A stretch of 64,000 nt of DNA from Rebecca billardiae RCC1528. Lineage: Eukaryota; Protista; Haptophyta. Of this stretch, positions 10,718 to 21,426 are shown piece by piece. The translations under genes and the position numbers were made by a program. The DNA lies in assembly GCA_965240325.2 (NCBI GenBank), contig OZ251227.1, positions 1,054,001-1,118,000 on the forward strand, written 5' to 3'. Each line of letters opens with the position of its first letter. The stretch's first letter is position 1. The notes beneath the pieces were generated by a model. The model saw nothing but the letters and a program-made list of their open reading frames with translations. It made no database searches and was not told the DNA's origin.

Positions 10718-13687
10718 CCCCTTACGTATTTACAGACGGTCTCTGCTGGAGACGGTCTCTGGGGAGCCCGGCCCAGAGACGGTCTCTGGCCGCCAGCCGC
10801 CAAAGACGGTCTCTGCTGGAGACCGTTTTCTCGGTGGCGCCACTGGCGCGAGCGCTCCCGGGGCTGTGCCGCCGCGGGGCTGCTGGCTCCGTTCGCCGCC
10901 AAGCGCCATGCCGGCCCCGCCCTGGAACGGCGCTGGCACACGAGACCGCGTACAGTACTGCGCGCCGTGGATGCACTACGCAGCAGCTACGCTGTGCAGC
11001 GACTCGCGCGCTCCAACTTGTGGTGCCACGCGCTCGCGCGCTCGCGCGAACGCGTGTGTTCGAACGCACCTGTGCTTGCTCGCACGCGAGAGGTCTGACT
11101 TGATGCTGACGAGCGTGGTGGCTCATGGCTCGCGAGAGGAGCCACATGCCACACTCTTTCTCCCCGCCCCCGAGCCCTCTCTCGCGCGTGGCTGTGACAA
11201 GTACGCGCGCGCACGTTCTGAGCGCCGCAGCGCAACATGGCGCGCTCACTCACACTTCGCGCGCACCATCTCCTGCCGCAGACGACCAGCCCGTGCGCGT
11301 CGCGCGCCTTGCCCGAAAGGTGTGCGAGCAGCTGACCCGAGCAGATCGATCGCCGGGCGCGCCGAGCAGTCTGCGCCCACGCCGCTGACCGGCGTGGGCG
11401 ATGCAGGTTGGCGGATCACCTTACTGTGCGCTGGCCTCGGCGCAGCAGCCAAGTGTCCCGCGCGGCAGCCCTGGAGGTGCTTGGGGGCGCGGGCTTGGCC
11501 GTGGAGGCGCCCGCGCATGCAAAGTGTATAGCTGAGCAGCCGCGAGAGAGCGCGCAGCGCCCTTCCATGTCAGGCGCCTCGCTCATAGGCAGGTTCAGCA
11601 CGTCTCGGGGCAGTGCGCGCCCACGCGACGCTGCCGCCCGCCTGCCGCGGAGCACAAGTGCCGCAAGTGCCAGGCGCGGGCAACGGTCAGCCATCCGCGA
11701 TGCACTCCGTCGTCGGTACGGGTCGGACGAGCCGGCGATGGAATGTGCGATCTAATCTAAGCTCAGTGTATGACCTCGCACCGTCGAGCAGGAGTTTGAT
11801 CACGTCCCACCTGGCCTGCGTATATCTTGCCTGGCACTGTCCACTACTGAGCCACTACTATGTAACTATGACGATCACCGTCACGGCGGGGCCGACAGCG
11901 CGAGCGCGACGGTGCGAGATGCCGAAAGCGGTATGCGCCTAGTTAAAGGATCGCATGGTGACAATATCTCACGACCACTTGCCTGGCCAACACATTTCAA
12001 GACAGATAACACAGTCTCCCACTGACCGTTGCCCGCGCCTGGCACTTGCGGCACTTGTGCTCCGCGGCAGGCGGGCGGCAGCGTCGCGTGGGCGCGCACT
12101 GCCCCGAGACGTGCTGAACCTGCCTATGAGCGAGGCGCCTGACATGGAAGGGCGCTGCGCGCTCTCTCGCGGCTGCTCAGCTATACACTTTGCATGCGCG
12201 GGCGCCTCCACGGCCGAGCCCGCGCCCCCAAGCACCTCCAGGGCTGCCGCGCGGGACACTTGGCTGCTGCGCCGAGGCCAGCGCACAGTAAGGTGATCCG
12301 CCAACCTGCATCGCCCACGCCGGTCAGCGGCGTGGGCGCAGACTGCTCGGCGCGCCCGGCGATCGATCTGCTCGGGTCAGCTGCTCGCACACCTTTCGGG
12401 CAAGGCGCGCGACGCGCACGGGCTGGTCGTCTGCGGCAGGAGATGGTGCGCGCGAAGTGTGAGTGAGCGCGCCATGTTGCGCTGCGGCGCTCAGAACGTG
12501 CGCGCGCGTACTTGTCACAGCCACGCGCGAGAGAGGGCTCGGGGGCGGGGAGAAAGAGTGTGGCATGTGGCTCCTCTCGCGAGCCATGAGCCACCACGCT
12601 CGTCAGCATCAAGTCAGACCTCTCGCGTGCGAGCAAGCACAGGTGCGTTCGAACACACGCGTTCGCGCGAGCGCGCGAGCGCGTGGCACCACAAGTTGGA
12701 GCGCGCGAGTCGCTGCACAGCGTAGCTGCTGCGTAGTGCATCCACGGCGCGCAGTACTGTACGCGGTCTCGTGTGCCAGCGCCGTTCCAGGGCGGGGCCG
12801 GCATGGCGCTTGGCGGCGAACGGAGCCAGCAGCCCCGCGGCGGCACAGCCCCGGGAGCGCTCGCGCCAGTGGCGCCACCGAGAAAATGGTCTCCAGCAGA
12901 GACCGTCTTTGGCGGCTGGCGGCCAGAGACCGTCTCTGGGCCGGGCTCCCCAGAGACCCATTCTATGATTTAACGACACAGGTAGGACGACGCGGGTCTC
13001 CTGATTCGTCGGCGGCAGTGCCCGATCGTCGACACGAAGTCGGCGTTGGTGGCAGAGCATAGCCTGCACCGCGATCGTAAAGCTTGAGCGCGGCCTTGAG
13101 CTGCTGAAGCGCGATCCACCTGCGCTGCGCGGCTCGCATGGACCTGCTGTGCCCCGAGCAAGGGCGAAAGTGCAGGTCCGGATGTCAGCTGGCAGTCTCA
13201 GCCGCGGGTAGCAGCTGGTCGAGCCTGCCCCGTGCTCCCCGGGCGGTCGCGTACGCGCTTGCTGCTCGAGCCAGCTGGCTGGCTGGCGGCGGCTGGCGCT
13301 GCGGCGTCGTCCAGGGTGCGCTTTGCCCGCTGCGGCGACGCCTCCTCGTCGTCCAAGTCGTCGCCCGGGGGCGAGTCTCGGTCATCGTGGAGGGGGGCAG
13401 CAGGGGCTGGCGTGGGCGGTGCAGCGGTCGGCGCCAGGCGCGCCGCCTTGCGCGCCTGGCGTTCCTTGACGGCGCGGCTCGCCGAGGAGCGACGGCTCGA
13501 CGGAGAACGAATCCGTCGGCCCTCGGCGTCGCGCCGTTGCCCGCGCTTCCCACGCCGGGGCTTCTTCTTCCGCTTCTGAGAGTGCTGCTGCTCGTCGTTT
13601 GCCTGCAGCACCTCAGCGTCCATGCCCTGCGCGGCGGGCGGGCGAACCGGCGTCTCCAGCAGAGACCGTCTGTAAATACGTAAGGGG
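10718..13687. mobile_element. Non-autonomous Mutator-like (MULE/foldback) DNA transposon with 9-bp TSD
   Basis: 37-bp TIR CCCCTTACGTATTTACAGACGGTCTCTGCTGGAGACG at 10718, reverse complement ending 13687; TSD GAGTTGAGA at 10709-10717 and 13688-13696; subterminal AGACGGTCTCTG x4; no transposase. Confidence 0.9.
10754..12958. repeat. 937-bp near-perfect inverted repeat (arms 10754-11690 and 12022-12958, 331-bp spacer)
   Basis: Mirror-image ORFs in the track (10866..11531+ vs 12181..12846-); only about 2 mismatches noticed. Confidence 0.95.
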
Positions 13688-13804
13688 GAGTTGAGACGGT
13701 GGCGCTCTCGCGCCCGTCCGTGGCGAACCGGACCGGAGCCGAGGCACCCGGACAGGCCGGCCGGCTCTCACTGCTCACCTATCACTTATCACAACTACTA
13801 CGCT

Positions 13805-14343
13805 TCTGCCGACTCATCTCACACTCGAAGTCGATGATCATGAACTGCAAGGCAGTGCGCTGCTTGTACCCAGGAACCACCCCGCAACGGTGTTGGACTT
13901 GTATGCTGTTGGCAATGGCATACCCCCGCCTCCTCTGGAGGCGGGCTGTCCACAGTGGAGTGGTGTCAGGGCACTAGGTGTCTCGGTCGGTGGTTTGAGG
14001 TTGGGTGGGGGTGGTGGTTGGTTGGGGGCTGGCCAGGGTAGGGCTGGAGGCTTCGGCCGCCAGTCTGATCACCCGGAGCCCGTTATAAAGGGGAATTTAT
14101 TACAACCGACTTGATTGAGAGTTGACTCACTGTTGAGCAGGCTACTGTACTCTGTTACCCGGCCATACAGTACTGTTAGTGCTCTGTAGTCTGTACATAC
14201 TACATGCTGTTTTTATATTCCCCTTTATAACGGGCTCCGGGTGATCAGAGTTCAGACTGGCGGCCGAAGCCTCCAGCCCTACCCTGGCCAGCCCCCAACC
14301 AGCAACCACCACCCCACCCAACCTCAAACCACTGACCGAGACA
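13805..14343. repeat. Dispersed retroelement-like repeat (3' end ...GTTATAAAGGGGAATTTA) plus a tail-to-tail inverted partial copy
   Basis: 13805-14098 matches the reverse complement of 46031-46320; 14217-14343 is the inverse of 13979-14096. Confidence 0.8.
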
Positions 14344-14812
14344 GAGTATCATACAACGTGTCGAGACTGTAACTAGTAGCAGCCTGTGCTAGCAGTCGTA
14401 AAACTACATCAAATATCGTACTACATAACTATGTTGAGTCCGGTCAGTCATCGACGTCTTTCTTGGCTACTGTAGCTTAGTCAACGTCCAACTACGCGGA
14501 CCGTTACTGTAATGCATAGGCCGATAGGGCATAGGCATTGGATAGCAAGATTATAACAGGTCAAATAGTCTATATCAAGAATTCTCGCAAGCCGTCTACT
14601 GCTGAGTGCTGTTCAATTTCAAGTTCAAGCGGACGGCGGACGCCGACTTCTGCTGACTCGGCGACTCCAAGGGCCACGGAGACGGAGTTCCGCGTCTCCC
14701 CGACTGGCGACTCCCGCGTGACCGCGCGGACCGTCACGGAGGCCCCGGGTCCTAACCGGTAAGCGGGGACTCCTAAGTCGGACGACAGATAACGATTAAT
14801 ATTATAGTCAGA

Positions 14813-14828
14813 ATCTCTCTCTCTCTCT

Positions 14829-14892
<64 letters not shown>
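14813..14892. repeat. (TC)n microsatellite
   Basis: Direct reading. Confidence 0.95.
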
Positions 14893-14895
<3 letters not shown>

Positions 14896-14913
14896 CATCT
14901 AGCCGTATTATTA

Positions 14914-17488
14914 TGGCCCGCGGTGCAGGGCGGAGCGCGCAGCGTGGAGCCCGCACCAGCGGGCCCGAACCACGTTTCAAAAAGATCTTTGATCAAGAAA
15001 AAAGGGACGGGGGGCGGCGGAAAAAAAGGGACGGGGGGGCGATTTTTAGGGCTGGCGGAGACCGAGTTTCGAGTTTTTGAGATCGCATTGAGAGGTCTAT
15101 CAGGCCAAAAAAAACCGCGCCCAGCTGATTCCCTTCAGTAAAGTGCGATCTGGACGTCAGCTGGACGTGACATCTACTCTACTTAATCGTGTAAAGTGGA
15201 TCCGCGGCACAGATGTCCCGTTAGTTACGAAAATGCCCACAATTCGGAGTTTTCTCTATGAAAAACCATCGGTTCGGCTGTTTTTACTCGCCAAACCAAC
15301 GCTTCGACGAATGTTACTCCGAAAAACCATCGGTTCGCCGGGTTTTACTCACCAAACAATCGTTTCGACGAGTTTTACCCACCATGTCTGCAGTTGGGAC
15401 AGTCCTCGCACATAGTGGCCTCGAAAGAAAAGATTCGGAGTACGCTTTTGTCGAGTGATGGCTGCGCGATGTGTACATGTTTTCCGCTCGAGTTGCCGTT
15501 CGTCCGAAGGAAAATTCTTCTCGACGAAACATGGAGGGCCAATCAGGGTCCGTCGATCGATTACAGTTTACTATGATTTAACGTGCACACACAGTCGACG
15601 CGACTCAAGTTAGGCGGCTCATTATTTGAACATCAACCGCGATGATACTCGCTCGTCAGGGAGGGGCCCGCTCGGGCCAGGCTGACCGCCCTGACGGAGT
15701 GACGGGAGGTCGAGATGCCACCGCGGGCGCCGCGGGGCTGCGACCGAGGGTGTGGACCGTCGGGGTGATGTGTGAGCAGGATGCTCACGTCCTGTCGCCT
15801 GCAACTGTCGACGGCCGCCCTCCACCTGCACCTCGCCTGCACCTCGCGACCGTGCGGCCGATGACCGATCTGTAACGCCCGACGATTGATCCGACGGCTC
15901 GACGAGTGATCGAGTGATCCGCACGACGGGCGTCGCCTGCAACTGATGACGGCCGCTCTCATGCCCGGCCGGTGCTCAGGAGGCGCACGCTTGACGCGTG
16001 TCCTGCGCGGTTGTCACCTGCCCCCGGCGGTTGCAACTCTTTACATCTCTCCGGACGGAGTGGCGCGCCGGTCCGTGTTGCGGCGGCGTTGCTCGACTGG
16101 ATCTGCGCACCGGGCCTCGCCTGCAACTGTTTTGATGCGTGCCGTGCCCTGCGCGGCTGGCACCTGGCTGCCTGCCCCTGCTGCTGCAACTCTCGGCGGC
16201 GGCGCGCACATCAGTGTTGCTCGACTGGATCTGCGCCCCGGGCCTCGCCTGCAGCTGTTTCGATTTACGGCCGTCCACCAGCCTTACACGTCCGAGGCTC
16301 AGTAGACAGTAGGGGCGCGCGCTTGATGCGTGCCCTGCGCAGTTGTCAACGCAGGCTGCAGCGCTGTCCGCACCGCTACCGGTATACGAACCAAGCGAAC
16401 GTCTGAAGGTGGTCGTGAAGCTGCCGCCGGCGTGCAGCGGCGGCTGCAACTCACTCTCTAGTTAGTGTAACGGTTCGTTACGAGCGAATCGTACTCGTCT
16501 TCCCGGATCGCGTGACGTCCGGACTGGGCCACATCCGGATCGTCGGAGGTGACGTGCCCCGGCACGATGGGCGATGGCGGATATGCGGGACGGCGCCTGC
16601 ACGTGCCTCCGGACCCGCCTCCCGCTTGCTGCTCACGCAGTCAGCTGCGACCGTGGCGCATGATCGCAGAAGCAGTGCCGGCAGTACGGCCTGCATCAGC
16701 TAGTGCCGCGCCGTCGTGGCGCGCGCGGTACGGTTCACGCGTTTGCAGCGCTCGCCGCTCGGCGACGGCACGCGCGTGCGGCTCAGGTGTGTCAAATGCG
16801 GTCTCGTCGGCGCGCTTTCGCCTGCCACCTCGTGCACCCGTGCCGCCAGTTTCATCGTCTTCATGAGCACTGCTGCTGCTGTCGCCATCCGCTCTCCATC
16901 ACCCCGAGTCGCCGGTCGCGCGGCGCGCGCGGTAGGCACTAGGCAGCCGGGGCGTACGGTCACTCACCCGTGCAACGGGTCAAGTGGCCAGAGTACGTCT
17001 GGTCGTTGGCTGGCACGGGCCGCAGCGCTAAAGCACCCTGCTGTCACACCCGACTCCTTCAGTACTCCGAGCTCCGCGGCACGACTCACTCGGCACGATC
17101 GCGGACGGGTCGGATCCGAGCTGATCAGCCAGAGTTGGACACAGTTTGGCAGCTACTAGTAGTAATTCCGATGCCGATGGCACGATCGCGGACGGGTCGG
17201 ATCCGAGCTGATCAGCCAGTTGGACATTTGGCAGCTAGTTGTCAGACGGACGTCCGATTTGACGACCGGTGCCGGGTGCGGTCTCAGGTCCGCTGCTGTG
17301 ATTGTGTGAAGTGTGAATGAGTCTCGCGGTCGCGCAGGCAGGGCGACGGTCGGACTAATAGCTTCAGTCATCTCAGAACCGACTTCAACTGGCGAACTGC
17401 CACTACGGCGGAGAGCCGCGATTGCACGGCCACCGCGGGCCCCCAACTGCGTTGATTCTATGCAGAAAAGGACCGCGGAACGCGGTCA
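14914..17488 (+). mobile_element. Helitron2/Helentron-like non-autonomous element, array unit E1
   Basis: Begins TGGCCCGCGGTGCAGGGCGGAG (5' hairpin plus ~200 bp shared module); ends CACCGCGGGCC...GACCGCGGAACGCGGTCA; no long TSD, A|T junctions. Confidence 0.75.
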
Positions 17489-19329
17489 TGGCCCGCGGTG
17501 CAGGGCGGAGCGCGCAGCGTGGAGCCCGCTCCGTGGGCCCTAACCACGTTTCAAAAAGATCTTTGATCAAGAAAAAAGGGACGGGGGACGATTTTCAGGG
17601 CTGGAGGAGACCGAGTTTCGAATTTTGAGACCGCACTAGAGGTATCCATCCGGCGACAAAGGTCGCGCCCACGACAAGTTCATATTGGAGTGACGCCCGT
17701 CCAAAAAACTTCACGCCCTTTAGGATCCATAACGTAACGAACCGTTACAAGCGATTTTTTCCAGCCAATGAGATTGCCGTAAGGTCATCAAGGAGCGATG
17801 ACGACGTATCTAGATAGCCAGCCGGCACCGCGGGCCATTAGTTCATTACTTGTGTGCTGGACTGCGCTTGTTATTAATTCATTACTTGTGTGCTGGACTG
17901 CCGCTAGCTTTTGCGGGTTCTGATCATCAATCACCCAGGGCCCGGTCTGGTCATAAATGAGCCGCCCGCCGTTTATGACGACCCATTCATGTACATGTAT
18001 GAACAATGGGTCATTAGACCGCGTCGAATCTTAAAAAAACCGCTTCACGTTGCACCGCGTCGTATCAATGCTCGTAAATGAAATTCTATTCTACCGCTTC
18101 ACGTAGTAACCCTGACGATGATCATAGATTATTGAAGATGCTCGCGTCGAGTCGTCGCGGCCCCGTCACCGACGCAAAACAACAGAGGTGGGCCCGATCG
18201 CACGTGGGGGGCGATGGCAAGCAGCACCTCGACCGGCGACGCCGACCAGGACTACGTTCGCCGCGTATTGAACGCGCTGCTCGACTCGAGGACGGTGACG
18301 CGGGTGAACAACACCACGTTCCAGAGCACCGCTGCCGCCATCTCCGTCGCCAGGCACAAGCAGACCATCCCCGGCGCCGCGAGCGAGTACGGCGTGTCAA
18401 CAAAAGCGATCAAGCAGCTCCTTGGCCAGGTCCGCAAGGTGCTGGCGGCGGAGGGCGCACTCGGCAGCGGTGGCGCTGCGCGGTTGATCACCGACTTCAC
18501 CACGCGCCCCGCAGGCCAGCTCCCTCCCTCCTCCTCATCCGGCCCAACAGCTGGCAGCCGCTTCGAGGCACTCGCCGCGCTCGGCGGGGAATGCCCGCTG
18601 CAGAGCAAGCACAACCGCAGCGGGGGCGCCCGGCCGGCTCGCTCAGCCTGCTGGGCACGCTCAACCTAGGCGTCACGTGCTACCTCGGCTCGCTGCTGGC
18701 CGCGCTGCTCGCGTGCCCTTCCATCGTCTCGCTCGCCACATCTGCCGCGGCGGAGCAGTGCACCACTACCCCATCGTGTCCAGCATGGCGCGCTCGCTGG
18801 CGCTCGCGCATGTCAACTGCGAGTGGCCCAGCGAGGTGGGGCCGACGCGTAGCTTGCTCAAGCCGCTCCACGACGCGATCGCGGAGGTCTGTCGGTGGAC
18901 AACGGCGTTTGGGCAGCAGCAGCAGGACGCGTGCGAGGTGCTGTACAAAATCACTGTGGAGGCCCTGGCTGGCTGCGACGAGGCGTGCGCATACCTTGGC
19001 TTGCTCGAGTGCCTCGGTCAGTTGGAGAGCGAGCAGCCCTCGCAGCAGCAGCGCGTGCCGACGCCGACGATCTCGCAGCAGCAGCGCGTGCCGACGATCT
19101 CAGTCGGCCATGACTTCGACTGTACACAATCGGCGCCTCGCCGGCGGCTGCGATGGGCCCGCCCGGCCGCGCGGCGGGCGGCGGCGCGCCGCTGGAGTCT
19201 ACTCGCTGCCGGGCTCGCGGCCGGGCGGGCCCACTCTCGATCGCGACGGAGGGTGCGACGGAGGGTGCACCGCCACCGCGGGCCCCGAACTACGTTCGTT
19301 CTACGGAAAAGGACCGCGGAACGCGGTCA
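17489..19329 (+). mobile_element. Helitron2/Helentron-like element, array unit E2 (HTH plus USP-remnant cargo)
   Basis: Same termini as E1 and fused directly to E1 and E3 (GGTCA|TGGCCC). Internal sequence is homologous to E4. Confidence 0.75.
18214..19050 (+). pseudogene. Frameshifted element-borne ORF: pipsqueak/CENP-B-type HTH followed by ubiquitin-specific protease (C19) Cys-box and QQD-box remnants
   Basis: AAISVARHKQTIPGAASEYGVSTKAIKQLL (frame 18214); GTLNLGVTCYLGSLLAALLAC (frame 18078); FGQQQQDACEVL (frame 18677); no His box seen. Confidence 0.65.
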
Positions 19330-21265
19330 TGGCCCGCGGTGCAGGGCGGAGCGCGTAGCGTGGAGCCCCGCCGGGGGCCCTCACTACGTTGTCAAAAAGA
19401 TCTTTTGATCAAAGAAAAGGGGACGGGGGACGATTTTGAGGGCTGTTGGAGGGTGAGTTTTCGACTTTTTGAGGGGGGTATGCTGTCCATCACAGCTTAA
19501 AAGGCCGCGCCCGCTGCAATTCTTGTATCTACTATGGACGGACGTGGGATCAGATACCCCGGGGGTGAAACAAGTGAGTATTCCTACCCCTCTTGTATGC
19601 TGAAGTACGAGTTTGCCGAGCGACGTTTGATTGTTTTGGGTCGAAAACAGCTATGAGGCCAGATTCTTTTGAATAGTGCTTGTTCAAATACGTTACCCGC
19701 CTGCCTCGATGGATGAACCGCCTCGTCATATTAAAAGAGATTCTTTTCAATAGCGCCTGTCCAACCAAGTTACCCGTCTGCCTCGATGGATGAACCTCCT
19801 AGTGTCATAATGAAGGGATTGTTTTGAATAGCGCTGAATAAACCAAGTTACCCGCCTGCCTCGATGGATGAACCTCCTTTGCCATAATATGAAAGAAAAA
19901 CGGGTTACCCGCCCGCCAGCGTCTCGCGACGAGGACGGGTGCCCAAGCGGCAAGCGCGCACATCATGATCATCGCCGTCGGCGGGCCCATCTTCGGCCGG
20001 CTCGAGCTGATGCACATCACGACGCTCAAGCAGGCGCTGTCCGTACCGACGTTGGCGCGCCTCCAGCGGATGGTCGACAAAGCACCCGTGGGCGAAGGAG
20101 GACCACAATCATGGCCGAGTCATCGGAGACGTCGCTGACCTCGCGGCTTCAAACAATCCGAAACATCAACCGCTCAGCCGGTTGCCACCGCGGCCGAGCG
20201 GTGCGCGCTCGCCACCGCGGCCGGCGCTGTGCACGGGCGTGCTGAGCCCGGGCCGCGTGAGCTCGCCCACCTCGCCCGGCGCGCACGCCGACGCCGCCAC
20301 CGCGGCTCGGCGGCCGGACTCATCTCGGCCCGCAGCGCTTGCGTCCCCCCGCGGCCGGGCGCGCGCCGCCGTCGCCGCCGCGCAGGCCGTGCACTCGGTG
20401 GATGAGGAGACGGCCCTGCTGCGCGCGGAGCGCTGCGCGCCGCGCGCTGCTCCTGCTGCGGCGCGCAGTAGTCCGCTCGTCCGCCCCGCGGGCTCGCCAC
20501 GGAGCCGACGAGCGCGATGACGACAATCGAATGAGCACGAGTGCGCACGGAGGCGCTGGGCGCCGAGCTGGCGAAGCGCGGCGCCGAGCTCGACGCGCTG
20601 CGCGACGCGGCGACGGACGCGCTGGGCGCGCGCGGCGCCCTCGTCGCGACGCCCCGTGCAGCAGCTCGAGCAGCCAGCTGTGGAGTAGACGGCCGTCGAC
20701 TCGAGGGCGCCACCGCGCCGGGTGAGTGAGCACGCACGGGCTCCGCCTCGGTCGGAGGCTGGCTGGCCGCCGCCGTGGCTTCGAGGCCGACGCGGCGGAG
20801 GAGGCGGCGGGCGAGCACGGTGGCGCGGTGGAGCAGGCGCGCACGCGCGGCCGGCAGGCGCGACCCGCCGCTCGCCTCGTTCCACCCCGAGCTCCGCTCG
20901 GTAGTCGGTCTCGCCTCTCGGTGCGCGGCTGCGCAGCGCCGTGAGCTCAGGCTGGGGCCGCTGGGGGTGGGGCCAGCAGAGTGGTGCGCGCTCTCGCTCT
21001 GCCGGCACGAGGCGCGCCGGCTGAGCGACCAGCGGCCCGTCGTCGAGCGCGTGGCGCAGCGCGAGCACCTCAAGGCCCAGGCTCGCCCTGCGCGCGCGCG
21101 CCGCTGCCCCGGCCGCCGTCCGTACTTCTTCGCGCGGGCCCGCGGCGACAGTCCTCATCGGCCCGCCATGTTGACCAATGACCAGACTGAGACAGCAGCC
21201 GACGGAGGGTGCACCGCGGGCCCCTAACTACGTTGGTTCTACGGAAGGACCGCGGAACGCGGTCA
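19330..21265 (+). mobile_element. Helitron2/Helentron-like element, array unit E3 (tandem repeats plus GC-rich gene-like fragments)
   Basis: Same 5' module; the 3' end has TGCACCGCGGGCC (21210-21222), the exact reverse complement of the 5' 13-mer, then hairpin GACCGCG-GAA-CGCGGTC and A|T. Confidence 0.75.
19692..19915 (+). repeat. Minisatellite within E3: 28-bp core GTTACCCGCCTGCCTCGATGGATGAACC, period 77-78 bp, ~3.5 copies
   Basis: Cores at 19692, 19769 and 19847, partial at 19904; the intervening sequences are similar to one another. Confidence 0.9.
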
Positions 21266-21426
21266 TATTATTAGTATTACATCGGATGGTCTGCTCCGCG
21301 CCTCAGGTTCCGAGGTGCGAGCGGCAATGCTCATCACTTTGACTTAGAGGTTCACTCCCGCGGACTAAGTAAGGTCTCGGGCGGCACTGTGCGCGTCAGT
21401 TGACAATGTGCATGTGTGTCATTGTG

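Noticed and set aside
10866-12846. Duplicated 221-aa ORF pair as genes
   Set aside because: A product of the inverted repeat, with no recognisable domain.
19692-19915. CRISPR-like array (28-bp repeat with ~49-bp spacers)
   Set aside because: The spacers are homologous to each other, there are no cas genes, and the context is a eukaryotic transposon. It is a minisatellite.
14914-21265. Autonomous transposase, Rep/helicase, integrase or Fanzor gene in the array
   Set aside because: No HUH, PIF1, tyrosine-recombinase, DDE or RuvC motifs were recognisable in any frame.
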